Assembly (NCBI GenBank): GCA_039808765.1
Contig: JBDHTQ010000001.1
Coordinates: forward strand, 67,683 to 131,682
Source: Bdellovibrionales bacterium
GTDB lineage: Bacteria; Pseudomonadota; Alphaproteobacteria; UBA2400
Direction of reading: 5' to 3'
DNA: 64,000 bases
This document shows positions 19,471 to 30,782 of this stretch, in pieces. The notes below the pieces were generated by a model that saw only the letters and a program-made list of their open reading frames with translations, made no database searches and had not been told where the DNA came from. A program made the translations under genes and the position numbers. The stretch's first letter is position 1, and each line of letters begins with the position of its first letter.

Positions 19471-20604
19471 ATGCACGTTCTTGATTTCTACGAACAGAAA
19501 ATTCATGCTGGTACATTGCTGGCCGATCCTGCTCAAACCAATGTGCTTCGGGCGCTGGATGAACTCGCGGGTGTGCTCAATGGGCGACATCACAACGCTT
19601 TGCTTTTTACACATCCGCTCGGCAAAGTGATAAGCAAAATTATGAATCTTCACCTTTTTTCATCTTTGCCTGCCGTATCTAAAAAAGAAGGATTGCAGGG
19701 GCTTTATATTTATGGTCCGGTCGGGCGAGGAAAAACTTTGTTGATGGATATGTTTTTCGAAGCAATTACGTGGCCTGAGCCATTGAAAAAACGCATCCAT
19801 TTTCATCTTTTTATGCAGGATGTTCACCGCCGGATGCATGATTTTCATCAGCGTGGCGAAAACTTGGATGATTGTGCACAAAACTATGCGGCTGAGACCA
19901 AACTTTTGTGCTTGGACGAGTTTCAAGTGACTAATGTTGCAGATGCGATGGTTATGGGGCGTTTTTTTACTGCTTTATTTGAAGCGGGGGTGGTGTTGGT
20001 TGCGACGTCCAACGTGCGGCCGGAAAATTTGTATGAAAACGGTTTGCAGCGTTCCCTTTTCTTGCCATTTATAGATGTTTTGAAGACATATTGTCGTGAT
20101 CTTCCTGTTGCGGGGGAGCAAGATTATCGCACGCGTCGTTTAAAAGGGCGACCGGTGTTTATTTGTCCGCCTGCAAATGAGTTACTGGAGAAAGATTTTT
20201 CTGATCTAACTGATGGTGCTGAAGGGCAATGCATTGATCTTGATGTCGACGGTAAATCGGTAAAAATTGCAAAGGCGGCGCATGGTGTCGCGTGGATGTC
20301 TGCCCGTGATTTTGATCAACAAAAGCTTTGGATTCCTGAGTTTGAGGCATTGGCAAAAAACTTTCCCACGCTTATTTTGACAGATGTTCGCGCGTTTACA
20401 GCAGATGAAAATGATCGTGCATCCCGTTTTATAGCGTTTATTGATGTTTGGTATGATCATCAGGCAAAATTAATCATAAGCGCAGATCATCAGTTGTCAG
20501 AACTATATAAAGAAGGCACTTTATTGACTGTTTTCGAGCGAACCCTCTCTCGGTTGACAGAAATGCAACATGACGATTGGTGGGAGCGAGGAGCCCGTGA
20601 ATAA
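19471..20604 (+). CDS. zapE: AFG1-family ATPase (cell division protein ZapE)
   Basis: The Walker A motif is YIYGPVGRGKTLLMD and the Walker B-like motif is LLCLDEFQV. The protein is 377 aa. Confidence 0.8.
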   Translation: MHVLDFYEQKIHAGTLLADPAQTNVLRALDELAGVLNGRHHNALLFTHPLGKVISKIMNLHLFSSLPAVSKKEGLQGLYIYGPVGRGKTLLMDMFFEAITWPEPLKKRIHFHLFMQDVHRRMHDFHQRGENLDDCAQNYAAETKLLCLDEFQVTNVADAMVMGRFFTALFEAGVVLVATSNVRPENLYENGLQRSLFLPFIDVLKTYCRDLPVAGEQDYRTRRLKGRPVFICPPANELLEKDFSDLTDGAEGQCIDLDVDGKSVKIAKAAHGVAWMSARDFDQQKLWIPEFEALAKNFPTLILTDVRAFTADENDRASRFIAFIDVWYDHQAKLIISADHQLSELYKEGTLLTVFERTLSRLTEMQHDDWWERGARE

Positions 20605-20765
20605 TTTCTTTTCCCTGCGGAAGGTCAGGCCGAAAATCGTTTCCTAAAAGCCTTAAAAAGTAACATCCACAATCAATTTTTTGCTAAAAAATGAAAAAAT
20701 CTCAATAAGTAACGTTCTGGTGAGATTTGCCCTCTATACAATAAATGCGGCTGAGGTAATCTTGA

Positions 20766-21782
<1,017 letters not shown>

Positions 21783-21798
21783 CTTTTTTATATGATTA

Positions 21799-21836
21799 AA
21801 GGACAGGGGAACTGTGGTTTTCCTGCCCTTTTTTTA
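21799..21836 (+). terminator. Rho-independent terminator after mdh
   Basis: AAGGACAGG pairs with CCTGCCCTT (8 of 9 positions) and is followed by TTTTTT. Confidence 0.55.
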
Positions 21837-21946
21837 TTGTGTGTTGTTTGAATCAATTAATTTAAGCACATTAGAAAGCATCGCTATGGTATGATCAGCG
21901 GATAAAATAATGTGTCAGGGGGTGTTTTCCCTTTAAGGAGGTGGAC

Positions 21947-22297
21947 ATGGGAGCATTTGATACCGAATCCGCTCAGCAGCGCCGCCAGAGACAATTTCTT
22001 GATGCCATCGAACAAGCAATTCATGATATTAATCATGAAGCTATTCATGGTGTGGTGCCGATGTTGGATAAAGCCACTTTTATGCAAATGGCAAAATCTG
22101 TGGCCCAACTGCGCGTAAAGTACATTGCTGCGGCAACGGCCTCTTTAGCAAGCGGTGCCGCTCCTCAGCCTCAGCAAATGTCCCAATTAAAGGCAATGCG
22201 GGAACAGTTTGAAGAGGCACGTGCTGCATTCGACGCGGTGAAAAGGGCGCTCACACGTAATTACATTAATGTTGCATTAAACGATAAAGACCTTTAA
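21947..22297 (+). CDS. hypothetical helical protein
   Basis: The RBS aaggag lies 6 nt upstream of the ATG at 21947. The 116-aa sequence is Ala/Gln-rich and predicted helical. Confidence 0.4.
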   Translation: MGAFDTESAQQRRQRQFLDAIEQAIHDINHEAIHGVVPMLDKATFMQMAKSVAQLRVKYIAAATASLASGAAPQPQQMSQLKAMREQFEEARAAFDAVKRALTRNYINVALNDKDL

Positions 22298-22335
22298 ACA
22301 GCAGGGGTTTTTTAATCCTAAGGCTGGAAGAGGTT

Positions 22336-23019
22336 ATGTCTGGCGCTTCACATCGAATCTCGACGTCTGCTCAAGCGCTTGAGCGTTTTTATGGTCGGCG
22401 CAGTGGCAAAACATTGCGTCCGCATCGCGCGCAATTGATGAAAACGCTTTTGCCTAAAGTCATGCTGCAATTGCCGCTTACAGATACCTCTAACTGGGAC
22501 GATCTCTGGCTTGAAATCGGCTTCGGTGCAGGTGAGCACTTGGCGTGGCAAGCAAAAGCTCATCCGCGTACACTTTTAATCGGCTGTGAACCCTATCAGA
22601 ACGGTGTTGCGCGGCTTGTCGATCAAATAAACGATGATAAAATAACTAATATTTTAATCCACCCGGATGATGCTCGTCCTGTGCTGGATCAATTGCCAGA
22701 GCAATGCTTGGGGCGGGTTTTTATTCTTTTTAACGATCCTTGGCCAAAGAAAAGGCACTGGGATCGCCGTTTTATTAGCAATCACAATCTTGACCGCCTT
22801 GCGCGTATCATGAAAAAAGGGGCAGAGTTGCGCATAGCCACCGATCATCCGGGCTTGCGGTATTGGATTTTAAAGCATACTCGTGCGCATAAGGATTTTG
22901 AATGGAAGCTAGAATACTGCCATCAGTGGCTAGCGCGTCCAGAAGACTGGCCTGCTACCCGCTATGAGGAAAAGGCTCTGCATGGCCGCCCTCATTTCTT
23001 TACATTTATCCGACGATAG
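22336..23019 (+). CDS. trmB: tRNA (guanine-N7)-methyltransferase
   Basis: The motifs LEIGFGAGEHL, FNDPWPKKRH and RYEEKA are present. Confidence 0.85.
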   Translation: MSGASHRISTSAQALERFYGRRSGKTLRPHRAQLMKTLLPKVMLQLPLTDTSNWDDLWLEIGFGAGEHLAWQAKAHPRTLLIGCEPYQNGVARLVDQINDDKITNILIHPDDARPVLDQLPEQCLGRVFILFNDPWPKKRHWDRRFISNHNLDRLARIMKKGAELRIATDHPGLRYWILKHTRAHKDFEWKLEYCHQWLARPEDWPATRYEEKALHGRPHFFTFIRR

Positions 23020-23049
23020 CCATCGCGTTACTGACAAACACTTAGCTCA

Positions 23050-23640
23050 CTAACAACCGCTTACTTCACCAGTTGGCAAGACAAGTTCCTGAGCGTAGCG
23101 GGGCATGTTATAGTTACTGCTGGTAATTTTTACTTGACCAACCCACGTGAACCATCTTGGTGTCCATGAATAAACAGAGTTGACATACAACACGTCATTC
23201 AATGTTGCTGTTCTTAACGTTAAGGGAAGAGCGTTTCCATTGCAGGCACTCGGGAAGGTTGTTGACGGCACCGTGTTCGGAGGGGTAAACGCCCGTCGCC
23301 AGCGAACACTGGAATTGATAACCGTTCCAACGGCAGTCAATTTATAATCGGTTGCATAAATGGTGAACTGGCCTGCCAAGGTAAGTGGGGCCATAATTTG
23401 TTTGGAGGCAAACGTGATGATCTTTAGTTCATCACTCGTAATCACGCCATCAGAGTCTTGAGTAATGAGGTCAGAAATGCTTGATGTTGCCGTGCGGGCT
23501 TTGGCATCAGCAATCAACAAGTTGGAAACCTCAATAACACCAAGAAAAAGAATAAAAAGGATGGGCACGATTAAAGCAAATTCAACAGCCGCAACACCTT
23601 TTTGGTCTCTAAAATAATTATGCATACTCATTGCTGGCAT
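23050..23640 (-). CDS. TadE/TadF-like pilus assembly (pseudopilin) protein
   Basis: The N-terminus QKGVAAVEFALIVPILFILFLGVIEV is the TadE-like signature. Confidence 0.6.
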   Translation of the reverse strand: MPAMSMHNYFRDQKGVAAVEFALIVPILFILFLGVIEVSNLLIADAKARTATSSISDLITQDSDGVITSDELKIITFASKQIMAPLTLAGQFTIYATDYKLTAVGTVINSSVRWRRAFTPPNTVPSTTFPSACNGNALPLTLRTATLNDVLYVNSVYSWTPRWFTWVGQVKITSSNYNMPRYAQELVLPTGEVSGC

Positions 23641-23646
23641 TCCTTT

Positions 23647-24252
23647 TTAGAAAGGTTCGTTACGGAAGGCAACAGTTGATATAACCGAAATCGTACTGTG
23701 AGATCCTGAAGGCATACCGGTTAAAACTGCGAGCTGAGGCAATAAAAAACTATAGGGGTAAAGCGATCGAACAATTACCACGTATCCACCGGCTCCTGGA
23801 TTGTAGTTCGTGTCATCATCATTCAGGGTACCATTGGCAGGGTGGCTTGGGTTTGCGCCATCAGAAATATTGGAATAGGTCACATCTGAAAAGTTGGAGG
23901 CTGGAAAACTTTGAACATCCACAAGAAGTTTTTGCACACAGGTGGACTTAAAAATAGCGTAAACATTGCTACAGACGAGTTCCTTGAAGGCGGCCTGAGA
24001 CTGCGAATTGTTTCCGGTTAGATCAACCGGCGGGTTCGGGCCTGAGCCATCCGGGTCGTAAGAACCACCAACACGGATATGGCGTGCGGCCTGTTCCGTC
24101 GCGGTTTGAAGTTGCGCGTTGACAAAAAAGTAGGAACTCAAGTCAAAAATAGCATAAACAAAGACGATAAATGCTGGAGCGAGGAGGGCAAATTCGACGA
24201 CCGTCGAACCTTGTTCATTTGAGCACACATTTTTTCTTTTAAAAAAGCGCAT
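23647..24252 (-). CDS. TadE/TadF-like pilus assembly (pseudopilin) protein
   Basis: The N-terminus EQGSTVVEFALLAPAFIVFVYAIFDL is the TadE-like signature. It lies 6 nt upstream of the second TadE-like gene. Confidence 0.6.
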   Translation of the reverse strand: MRFFKRKNVCSNEQGSTVVEFALLAPAFIVFVYAIFDLSSYFFVNAQLQTATEQAARHIRVGGSYDPDGSGPNPPVDLTGNNSQSQAAFKELVCSNVYAIFKSTCVQKLLVDVQSFPASNFSDVTYSNISDGANPSHPANGTLNDDDTNYNPGAGGYVVIVRSLYPYSFLLPQLAVLTGMPSGSHSTISVISTVAFRNEPF

Positions 24253-24524
24253 GGTCTACCTCTCTCAACTACCAAGTAATAGGATACTGTTTAATACTTA
24301 ATTTTAAAACCTGTTTTTTCATTCTCGAGAGAAAAAATAACTGTATTTGATATAATTTATCGGCAAATAACGAACAGTATGATTTTGCGCAAGATTGAGA
24401 GCGTGTTTTTTTCGTGAAGGGTGGTTGTCAAGGGCCTATGCTTATAGGGGGGTATCAATTTTTTCGCTGATTTAATAGGATGTTATGGCCATCTCCATGA
24501 TCCACTGTATCTGCCGTGTACTTA

Positions 24525-24626
24525 ACAAACCCCGAAAAGATGGAATCGTAGAAGCCATCATTGACGACGTATTTGCGTCATAAATATAAAACCAAGCAAG
24601 CCTATCTTTGAAAGATGTGCTCTGGG
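24525..24626 (+). repeat. dispersed intergenic repeat, copy A
   Basis: The copy reads caaaccccgaaaagatggaatcgtagaagccatcattGACGACGTATTTGCgtcataaatataaaac...atctttgaaagatgtgctctggg. It aligns along its length with copies at 53462, 28209 and 38175, and with the reverse complement of the 55032 tandem units. Confidence 0.7.
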
Positions 24627-24712
24627 CTGCTTTTTTTCTGTATATGCTCATCATGTTATCTCTTGGCACCGATGATGACCATCCTTTTTAAAGTAAATAA
24701 ACCCACAAAAAC

Positions 24713-24740
24713 AAAAAAGGCGAGGTGATTACCCCGCCTT
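24713..24740 (-). terminator. Rho-independent terminator after clpP
   Basis: AAGGCGAGG pairs with CCCCGCCTT in a hairpin flanked by A/T runs, 20 nt past the clpP stop. Confidence 0.55.
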
Positions 24741-24760
24741 TTAGGAGAATAAAGAATGAA

Positions 24761-25408
24761 TTATTCTTTTGAAATGGGTTCCTGACGAACGCTTACAACC
24801 TGATCGACGAGGCCCCATGCCTTTGATTCTTCAGCGGACATGAAATTATCCCGTTCCAGAGCCTGCTCAATTCTACTCAGTTCTTGACCCGTATGATGTT
24901 GGTAAATCTCGTAAAGCCGCTTGCGCAGTTTCAGGATCTCGCGGGCTTGAATCTCTATGTCTGTGGCTTGACCGCGTGCGCCGCCTAAAGGTTGGTGAAC
25001 CATGATACGTGCATTCGGAAGGGCAATACGCTTGCCCGCTGCACCAGCACAAAGCAACAGTGAGCCCATGGAAGCTGCTTGCCCCATGCACACGGTCGAG
25101 ACCGGCGACTTGATGTACTGCATCGTGTCGTAAATTGCCAATCCTGCCGTCACCACACCACCGGGTGAGTTGATGTAGAAAGAAATATCCTTGTTCGGAT
25201 TTTCAGCTTCAAGGAAAAGGAGCTGGGCACAGATCACGCTGGCGGAATGATCATTTACTTCGCCCACCAGAAAGATGATTCTTTCTTTAAGCAAGCGTGA
25301 GTAAATATCCCACGAACGTTCACCCCGTGCCGTTTGTTCAATTACAACCGGCACCAGATTGTTCATGCGTGTGATGTGATCTTCCGGTGTGTCCATATTC
25401 CAGCTCAT
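24761..25408 (-). CDS. clpP: ATP-dependent Clp protease proteolytic subunit
   Basis: The motifs [37 protein letters not shown] and MVHQPLGG are present. Confidence 0.95.
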   Translation of the reverse strand: MSWNMDTPEDHITRMNNLVPVVIEQTARGERSWDIYSRLLKERIIFLVGEVNDHSASVICAQLLFLEAENPNKDISFYINSPGGVVTAGLAIYDTMQYIKSPVSTVCMGQAASMGSLLLCAGAAGKRIALPNARIMVHQPLGGARGQATDIEIQAREILKLRKRLYEIYQHHTGQELSRIEQALERDNFMSAEESKAWGLVDQVVSVRQEPISKE

Positions 25409-25466
25409 GACTCTATCCTTTTTCTAGTCAGCATCTTTACTACTATCTGGTTAGCCGGAAAATGGT

Positions 25467-26858
25467 TTAAGATTCCTTACCAGAAGATTTTTTCTTTGTC
25501 TTCGTAGCTGATTCTGACGTTTCTTCGGATGTCGCTCCATTCTCATCATCCATCTCTTCTTCGCTCTTCAAATCATCTACTGTCCCGGGCTTTTCGGTAA
25601 TGTTGACGAGCTCAAAGAGGTAATCAATGACCTTATCCTCATAAATCGGTGCGCGCAGGGTTTCCATGGCGTTTTGATTCTTCATGTAGTATTCAACGAC
25701 TGCCCGCTCTTGACCGGGGTAGTTGCGGGCTTGTGCGAAGACAGCTTGGCGTAAGTCTTCTTGCGTAATCTCAATTTTATGACCCTGTCCGATTTCTGCC
25801 AGCAGCAGACCCAAGCGGACGCGGCGTTCAGCGATATCGCGGTATTCAGCCCGAATTTCTTCTTCAGTTGTGCCTTTCTCTGAAGGATCAGGGCCTTGCT
25901 GGCCACGTTGCTGCCAAATGCTGTTGAACTCAAAATCCACCATACCTTCTGGCACTTCAAATGAATGGGCTTTGGCCAATTCGTCGAGCAGTTGACGTTT
26001 GGATTTTGTGCGTGCAGCTGCTTTATAGGTATCCGCGATGTTGGATTTGATTTGCTCTTTGAGCTTGTCAAAAGATTCGATGCCGAAACCCTTGGCGAAG
26101 TCATCATTCAGCTCTGCTGCAGCAGGCTCATGTAATTCGTGAATTTTCACCTTGAACTCGGCCACTTGGCTGGCCAGTTCTTTTGCGTGATAATTTTCAG
26201 GGAAAGTGACAGTGACAACTTTTTCATCGCCTACTTTAAGGCCTACGAGTTGTTCTTCAAACGTATCGATAAATGACTTGGATCCCAGTTCCAACATGAA
26301 GTTTTCAGATTTCATGCCGGGACGCGGGGTGCCGTCAACTGTTCCGTCAAAGTCGATTTTGAGGGTATCACCCATTTTGGCAGCGCGGGCCTCGTCCACT
26401 TTTTTGGTGCTTTTGCGCATGGAGGACAACTCTGCAATTGCTTTGTCTACTTCATTATCAGCAACATCTACCGTTATGCGCTCAATGGTGATGTTTTTCA
26501 TATCGATCGGCTTGACCTCGGGCAGCACTTCCATGCTGAGTGTGTAGGTCAGGTCTTGCCCTTCAGCAAAGTCGCCGAGTTCAACCTTTGGCTGCATAGC
26601 CGGTCGCAATTTACGTTCAGACAGAAGGTCGCGTGTGCTGTTATTAATTGCTTTTTCCATAACTTCGGCGCGAACAGAGTCGCCGTAGCGTTGCTTCACC
26701 ATGGCCACAGGAGCCTTGCCAGGGCGGAAACCAGGAAAACGAGTCGTGCGGCTTATTTCGTTCAAGCGGCTTTCAACTTGCGTTGCGATGTCGTTAGCGG
26801 GAATGGTGATAGAATATTCGCGCTTTAAACCTTCTGACTTCTTTTCTGCGACCTGCAT
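25467..26858 (-). CDS. tig: trigger factor
   Basis: The protein begins MQVAEKKSEGLKREYSITI and contains FPGFRPGKAP. The start is set at 26858 because the longer ORF runs into tRNA-Leu. Confidence 0.9.
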   Translation of the reverse strand: MQVAEKKSEGLKREYSITIPANDIATQVESRLNEISRTTRFPGFRPGKAPVAMVKQRYGDSVRAEVMEKAINNSTRDLLSERKLRPAMQPKVELGDFAEGQDLTYTLSMEVLPEVKPIDMKNITIERITVDVADNEVDKAIAELSSMRKSTKKVDEARAAKMGDTLKIDFDGTVDGTPRPGMKSENFMLELGSKSFIDTFEEQLVGLKVGDEKVVTVTFPENYHAKELASQVAEFKVKIHELHEPAAAELNDDFAKGFGIESFDKLKEQIKSNIADTYKAAARTKSKRQLLDELAKAHSFEVPEGMVDFEFNSIWQQRGQQGPDPSEKGTTEEEIRAEYRDIAERRVRLGLLLAEIGQGHKIEITQEDLRQAVFAQARNYPGQERAVVEYYMKNQNAMETLRAPIYEDKVIDYLFELVNITEKPGTVDDLKSEEEMDDENGATSEETSESATKTKKKSSGKES

Positions 26859-26894
26859 TGTTCTACTCCAAGAAAAAGATAACGGCTCTACACA

Positions 26895-26979
<85 letters not shown>

Positions 26980-27289
26980 ATCAGAACTATAAGTTCTGGC
27001 CTATAGCACAGACACTTAAGCAAGCGAACAAGTTTTTGCGGATAAACGATTTTTTGCCCCTAAGATCCTTAATTTTTATCGAAAATTGGCCTAAAAACGG
27101 TTTTTAAGGTTTTTGAGTCGGTGTGTTTCGGTCATTGCCGGGGCTTTCTAACGGTTATTATCGTCTTTTAGGGGGGGAGGGCGGTGTTTAGAATAAATTT
27201 TTATGCAGCAAAGCTGATTTACGTCATTATAGCAATAATTGTCAAAACTTGAGACGGTGAAACAGCTAGATAAAAAGGCGGAGGCTGTC

Positions 27290-28159
27290 ATGAGCGATTT
27301 GATCGAGAGAGTGGACAGAGTAGCACGTTTTGTTGAAGAGCATCTCGAGGATGATTTTCAGCTGACAGAGCTTTCTTCAGTTGCCTGCTATTCTCATTAT
27401 CATTTCTTGCGCATGTTTGTATCTCTGACTGGCCAAACAGCAGGAAGCTATATTCGTCGTCGGCGCTTAACGAAAGCGGCTGAAAGTTTGCTTGTGAGCA
27501 ATGAGAAAATTATTGATCTTGCCTTTCAAGCTGGCTTCGAGTCGCAAGCAGCGTTCAGTCGGGCGTTTAAAGCAATGTTTTTGTGCACACCGGCACTGTT
27601 TCGTCGGCAGAGATCCCCGTCTCCATTCAAAGGGCAGCCAATACTCTCGGCCGCCTATCTTAAACATCTTAAAAAAGGAGCTGTTACCATGATTCCCAAA
27701 ATTATTCATCTTGATCAATTTACCGTGATTGGTTTGGGACAGGATACTGAACCCGAAAAAAACATTGCCGCTTTATGGGATACTTTCTTGGTCGAAAAAC
27801 ATAAAATTTTGAATGCCAAAGGCCATGAATCTTATGGAATTTGTTACGCCGCTCAAAACACTCTGAAAAAAAGTGAGCATATTCACTACACAGCAGCTTT
27901 GGCCGTTAATGATGGCGAAATCGTTCCAGAGGGGATGGAAAAAATAATTATTCCAGCTGGTGATTACGCTGTTTTTACGCATCATGGCTCGATTGCGGAT
28001 TTGCCAAAGACGAACAGCTATATCTGGAATACGTGGGTGCTGCAATCGGGTTATCAGCTTGCTGATTCTCCGGATTTTGAAGTCTATGATGCACGTTTTT
28101 CACCCGACAGCTTAGATAGTGCGTTCGATATTTATGTGCCCATCAAGAAAAAGGACTAA
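27290..28159 (+). CDS. AraC-family transcriptional regulator with a GyrI-like effector-binding domain
   Basis: The HTH region is ACYSHYHFLRMF...IDLAFQAGFESQAAFSRAFK. The C-terminal GyrI-like part includes YEICY-type and PDFEVYD motifs. Confidence 0.75.
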   Translation: MSDLIERVDRVARFVEEHLEDDFQLTELSSVACYSHYHFLRMFVSLTGQTAGSYIRRRRLTKAAESLLVSNEKIIDLAFQAGFESQAAFSRAFKAMFLCTPALFRRQRSPSPFKGQPILSAAYLKHLKKGAVTMIPKIIHLDQFTVIGLGQDTEPEKNIAALWDTFLVEKHKILNAKGHESYGICYAAQNTLKKSEHIHYTAALAVNDGEIVPEGMEKIIIPAGDYAVFTHHGSIADLPKTNSYIWNTWVLQSGYQLADSPDFEVYDARFSPDSLDSAFDIYVPIKKKD

Positions 28160-28168
28160 TTCTAAAAC

Positions 28169-28209
28169 CCGCTTTTTGTTCCTCGGGACGGGCGAAAAGC
28201 GGCCCTTTT
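28169..28209 (+). terminator. hairpin terminator after the AraC-family gene
   Basis: CCGCTTTTTG pairs with CGAAAAGCGG (9 of 10 positions). The following T-run is weak. Confidence 0.45.
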
Positions 28210-28296
28210 AGTGCAAATAGGGGCCATCTTTTTTGCGTTGACGACATCAAAAGAATAGAACGAGCGCGGTCTGTCTTCAGGAGATGCGCACTAGGG
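28209..28296 (+). repeat. dispersed intergenic repeat, copy B (shortened/rearranged)
   Basis: The copy reads tagtgcaaataggggccatctt..ttgacgacatcaaaagaatagaacgagcgcggtctgtcttcaggagatgcgcactaggg. Its 5' end (tagtgcaaat) and 3' hairpin match copy C. Confidence 0.6.
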
Positions 28297-28390
28297 TGTG
28301 GTGAGAGAGGGAAACATTTGTACCATGGCAAGAAACTCGGTGTGATACTGATCACCGACATGGGTAAATGCATGCGTAATCATGACGTTT

Positions 28391-29083
28391 CTATGGGCAG
28401 AAAACATTGCCCCAAGCTTCTTGAAGCGCCCGATCAAGATCATTTAAAGTGGCGGTGCAGCCCAAGGCCGCAAGTGACGTAATGCCATGTTCTTTAATGC
28501 CGCACGGGATAATACCCGTGTAATGGCTAAGGTCGGGGTCGACATTGATGCTTACGCCATGGAAAGTGATCCATTTGCGTATTCTTACACCAATGGCGGC
28601 GATTTTATCATCGGCAAGGCCATTTTTTCTGGGCACCCATAAACCGACACGGCCCTCTCGCCGCACAGCCTCTACCCCAACCTTTTGCAAAGCTAAAATC
28701 ACCCAGCTTTCAAGATTATGAACGTAGGCGCGCACATCTTGTCCACGGTGGTGCAAATCCACCATCACATAAGCAATGCGTTGGCCAGGTCCATGATAGG
28801 TGTATTGACCGCCGCGGCCCGCATCATACACAGGGAAACGATGCGTGAGCAGGTCGGATGGTTTTGCACTCGTTCCGGCGGTATAGAGGGGCGGGTGTTC
28901 TAAAAGCCAAACCAGCTCAGGTGCATGGTGTGCTTGTATCTCATCCACACGCTTTTCCATAAAATGCAAGGCTTTAGGGTAAGGAACGAGAGGCTGAGAT
29001 ATTTTCCATTCAAGGGCGGAATCGTGCACGAAGGCCGGTAAGAAAGGTTCCGCAGGAAGGTCGTGATCATCCACAGAATGCAT
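28391..29083 (-). CDS. lipB: lipoyl(octanoyl) transferase
   Basis: The motifs RGGQYTYHGPGQ and KIAAIGVRIRKWITFHG are present. Confidence 0.9.
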   Translation of the reverse strand: MHSVDDHDLPAEPFLPAFVHDSALEWKISQPLVPYPKALHFMEKRVDEIQAHHAPELVWLLEHPPLYTAGTSAKPSDLLTHRFPVYDAGRGGQYTYHGPGQRIAYVMVDLHHRGQDVRAYVHNLESWVILALQKVGVEAVRREGRVGLWVPRKNGLADDKIAAIGVRIRKWITFHGVSINVDPDLSHYTGIIPCGIKEHGITSLAALGCTATLNDLDRALQEAWGNVFCP

Positions 29084-29153
29084 CTTTTTTTACCCTCCCG
29101 TTTTATCCTCTTGCTTTCACGGATTTATTTTGCTATCTCAACGCCAGTTTCGT

Positions 29154-29238
29154 GCGGTCGTGGCGGAATTGGTAGACGCGCAGCGTTGAGGTCGCTGTGG
29201 GGCAACCCGTGGAAGTTCGAGTCTTCTCGACCGCACCA
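29154..29238 (+). tRNA. tRNA-Leu (anticodon GAG)
   Basis: The sequence is GCGGTCGTGGCGGAATTGGTAGACGCGCAGCGTTGAGGTCGCTGTGGGGCAACCCGTGGAAGTTCGAGTCTTCTCGACCGCACCA. The anticodon loop is TTGAGGT. Confidence 0.9.
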
Positions 29239-29297
29239 TCTCATAAGGTTAATCATCTGGCAAGGATAAGATCAATAAGATCACAGGGAGGGGCGCC

Positions 29298-30713
29298 ATG
29301 GCCGACACCACGCAGCAACCACCTGAACTCTTATCCACCTTTGCCGCGACCAGCACTCCCGTTCATACCGGAACCTTAAGCGACGAGCAGATTGATGCTG
29401 TTCATGAATGGCTGGCTGTGGGCGAAGTGGGAAAAATCTCATCTCTGGCCGAAGAGCTCGCCCCAGTTGATCTGGCTGAGTTACTTGAAAAAAGCAATGA
29501 AGAAGACCGTCAGGTTTTGATTGGTTTGCTTAAGCCATTCATTACGTCTGAGGTTATTTCTTTTCTTGAAATAGAGATTCGTGAACAGGTGCTCGAGCGC
29601 TTAGAGCCCAAAGAAATCGCGGCAGCCGTAGCCGAGATGGATTCAGATGATGCCGTTGATTTGGTTGAAGAGCTGGATGATGCTCAGCGTGCTGCTGTTA
29701 TCGCGAATTTACCCCAAACAGAACGCCAACAGGTTGAAGAGGCGCTAACATGGCCAGAGGAATCTGCCGGTCGTTTGATGCAGCGCGAAGTGATTGCCAT
29801 TCCTGTCGATTGGACGGTGGGCAAAACCTTTGATTATCTGCGTGAAGAAGCCGAAGAATTGCCCCCTATTTTTCATGATGTTGTGGTTATTGATCCTTGG
29901 CGCAAAGTGGTGGGTACGCTTCATCTTTATCATCTGTTGGTCGAGGGGCGTGGCACGAAAATTCGTGACATTATGGATGAGGATGTTCGTCATATTCCTG
30001 TAACGATGGACCGAGAAGAAGTTGCTTTCCTTTTTAAACGGTATCGACTGCAATCTGCGCCTGTGGTTGATGCTGAAGATCGCCTTCTAGGCGTTGTAAC
30101 CTTCGACGATATGGTCGAAGTTATGGAAGAAGAAACGGAAGAGGATATTCGCGCCATGAGCGGGGTGGGTGCCGAAGAAAGTATTCACGATAATGTGTTG
30201 GAGGTCACGCGCTCACGTTTCGTGTGGTTGCTGGTTAATCTTGTTACGGCTTTTATGGCTTCTGCTGCGATTGGGATGTTTGAAGCCTCTTTGCAACAGA
30301 TTGTCGCCTTGGCTGTTTTAATGCCCATCGTTGCCTCTATGGGAGGCAATGCAGGCACACAAACGCTGACTGTTGCTGTGCGCGCCATGGCCACACGCGA
30401 TATCGGTCCCAGCAATTATTGGCGGTTGGTCTGGCGTGAAACCTCCATTGGTGCCATCAATGGCATTGGCTTTGCAATTTTGGTCGGGATTGTCGCCTGG
30501 GTGTGGTTTAAAGATCCCTATATTGGATTGGTGATTGGTATGGCCTTGGTCATAAATCTGCTGGCCGCCGGCTTTTGCGGTGCGCTTATTCCTATTGCCC
30601 TGCGTCGATTTGGCGTGGATCCGGCAGTGGCAAGTAGTGTATTTTTAACAACAGTCACGGATATTGTGGGATTTGTGGCTTTTTTAGGTTTAGCAACCTT
30701 GGTATTGCTCTAA
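29298..30713 (+). CDS. mgtE: magnesium transporter MgtE
   Basis: It has an MgtE N-domain, tandem CBS domains and a TM domain with GNAGTQ and TDIVGF motifs. Confidence 0.9.
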   Translation: MADTTQQPPELLSTFAATSTPVHTGTLSDEQIDAVHEWLAVGEVGKISSLAEELAPVDLAELLEKSNEEDRQVLIGLLKPFITSEVISFLEIEIREQVLERLEPKEIAAAVAEMDSDDAVDLVEELDDAQRAAVIANLPQTERQQVEEALTWPEESAGRLMQREVIAIPVDWTVGKTFDYLREEAEELPPIFHDVVVIDPWRKVVGTLHLYHLLVEGRGTKIRDIMDEDVRHIPVTMDREEVAFLFKRYRLQSAPVVDAEDRLLGVVTFDDMVEVMEEETEEDIRAMSGVGAEESIHDNVLEVTRSRFVWLLVNLVTAFMASAAIGMFEASLQQIVALAVLMPIVASMGGNAGTQTLTVAVRAMATRDIGPSNYWRLVWRETSIGAINGIGFAILVGIVAWVWFKDPYIGLVIGMALVINLLAAGFCGALIPIALRRFGVDPAVASSVFLTTVTDIVGFVAFLGLATLVLL

Positions 30714-30782
30714 AAAGCGGGCGCCTCAATCTACTCGGCGCTTCATGCCAGCCACACATTGTACATTGTAAAGAGGAAAAAC

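Noticed and set aside
24472-24669. 65-aa ORF on the minus strand between the TadE-like genes and clpP, checked as a possible Flp pilin
   Set aside because: It has no Flp-like hydrophobic N-terminus and no RBS, and it lies across repeat copy A. I found no other small pilin-like ORF in 24253..24760.
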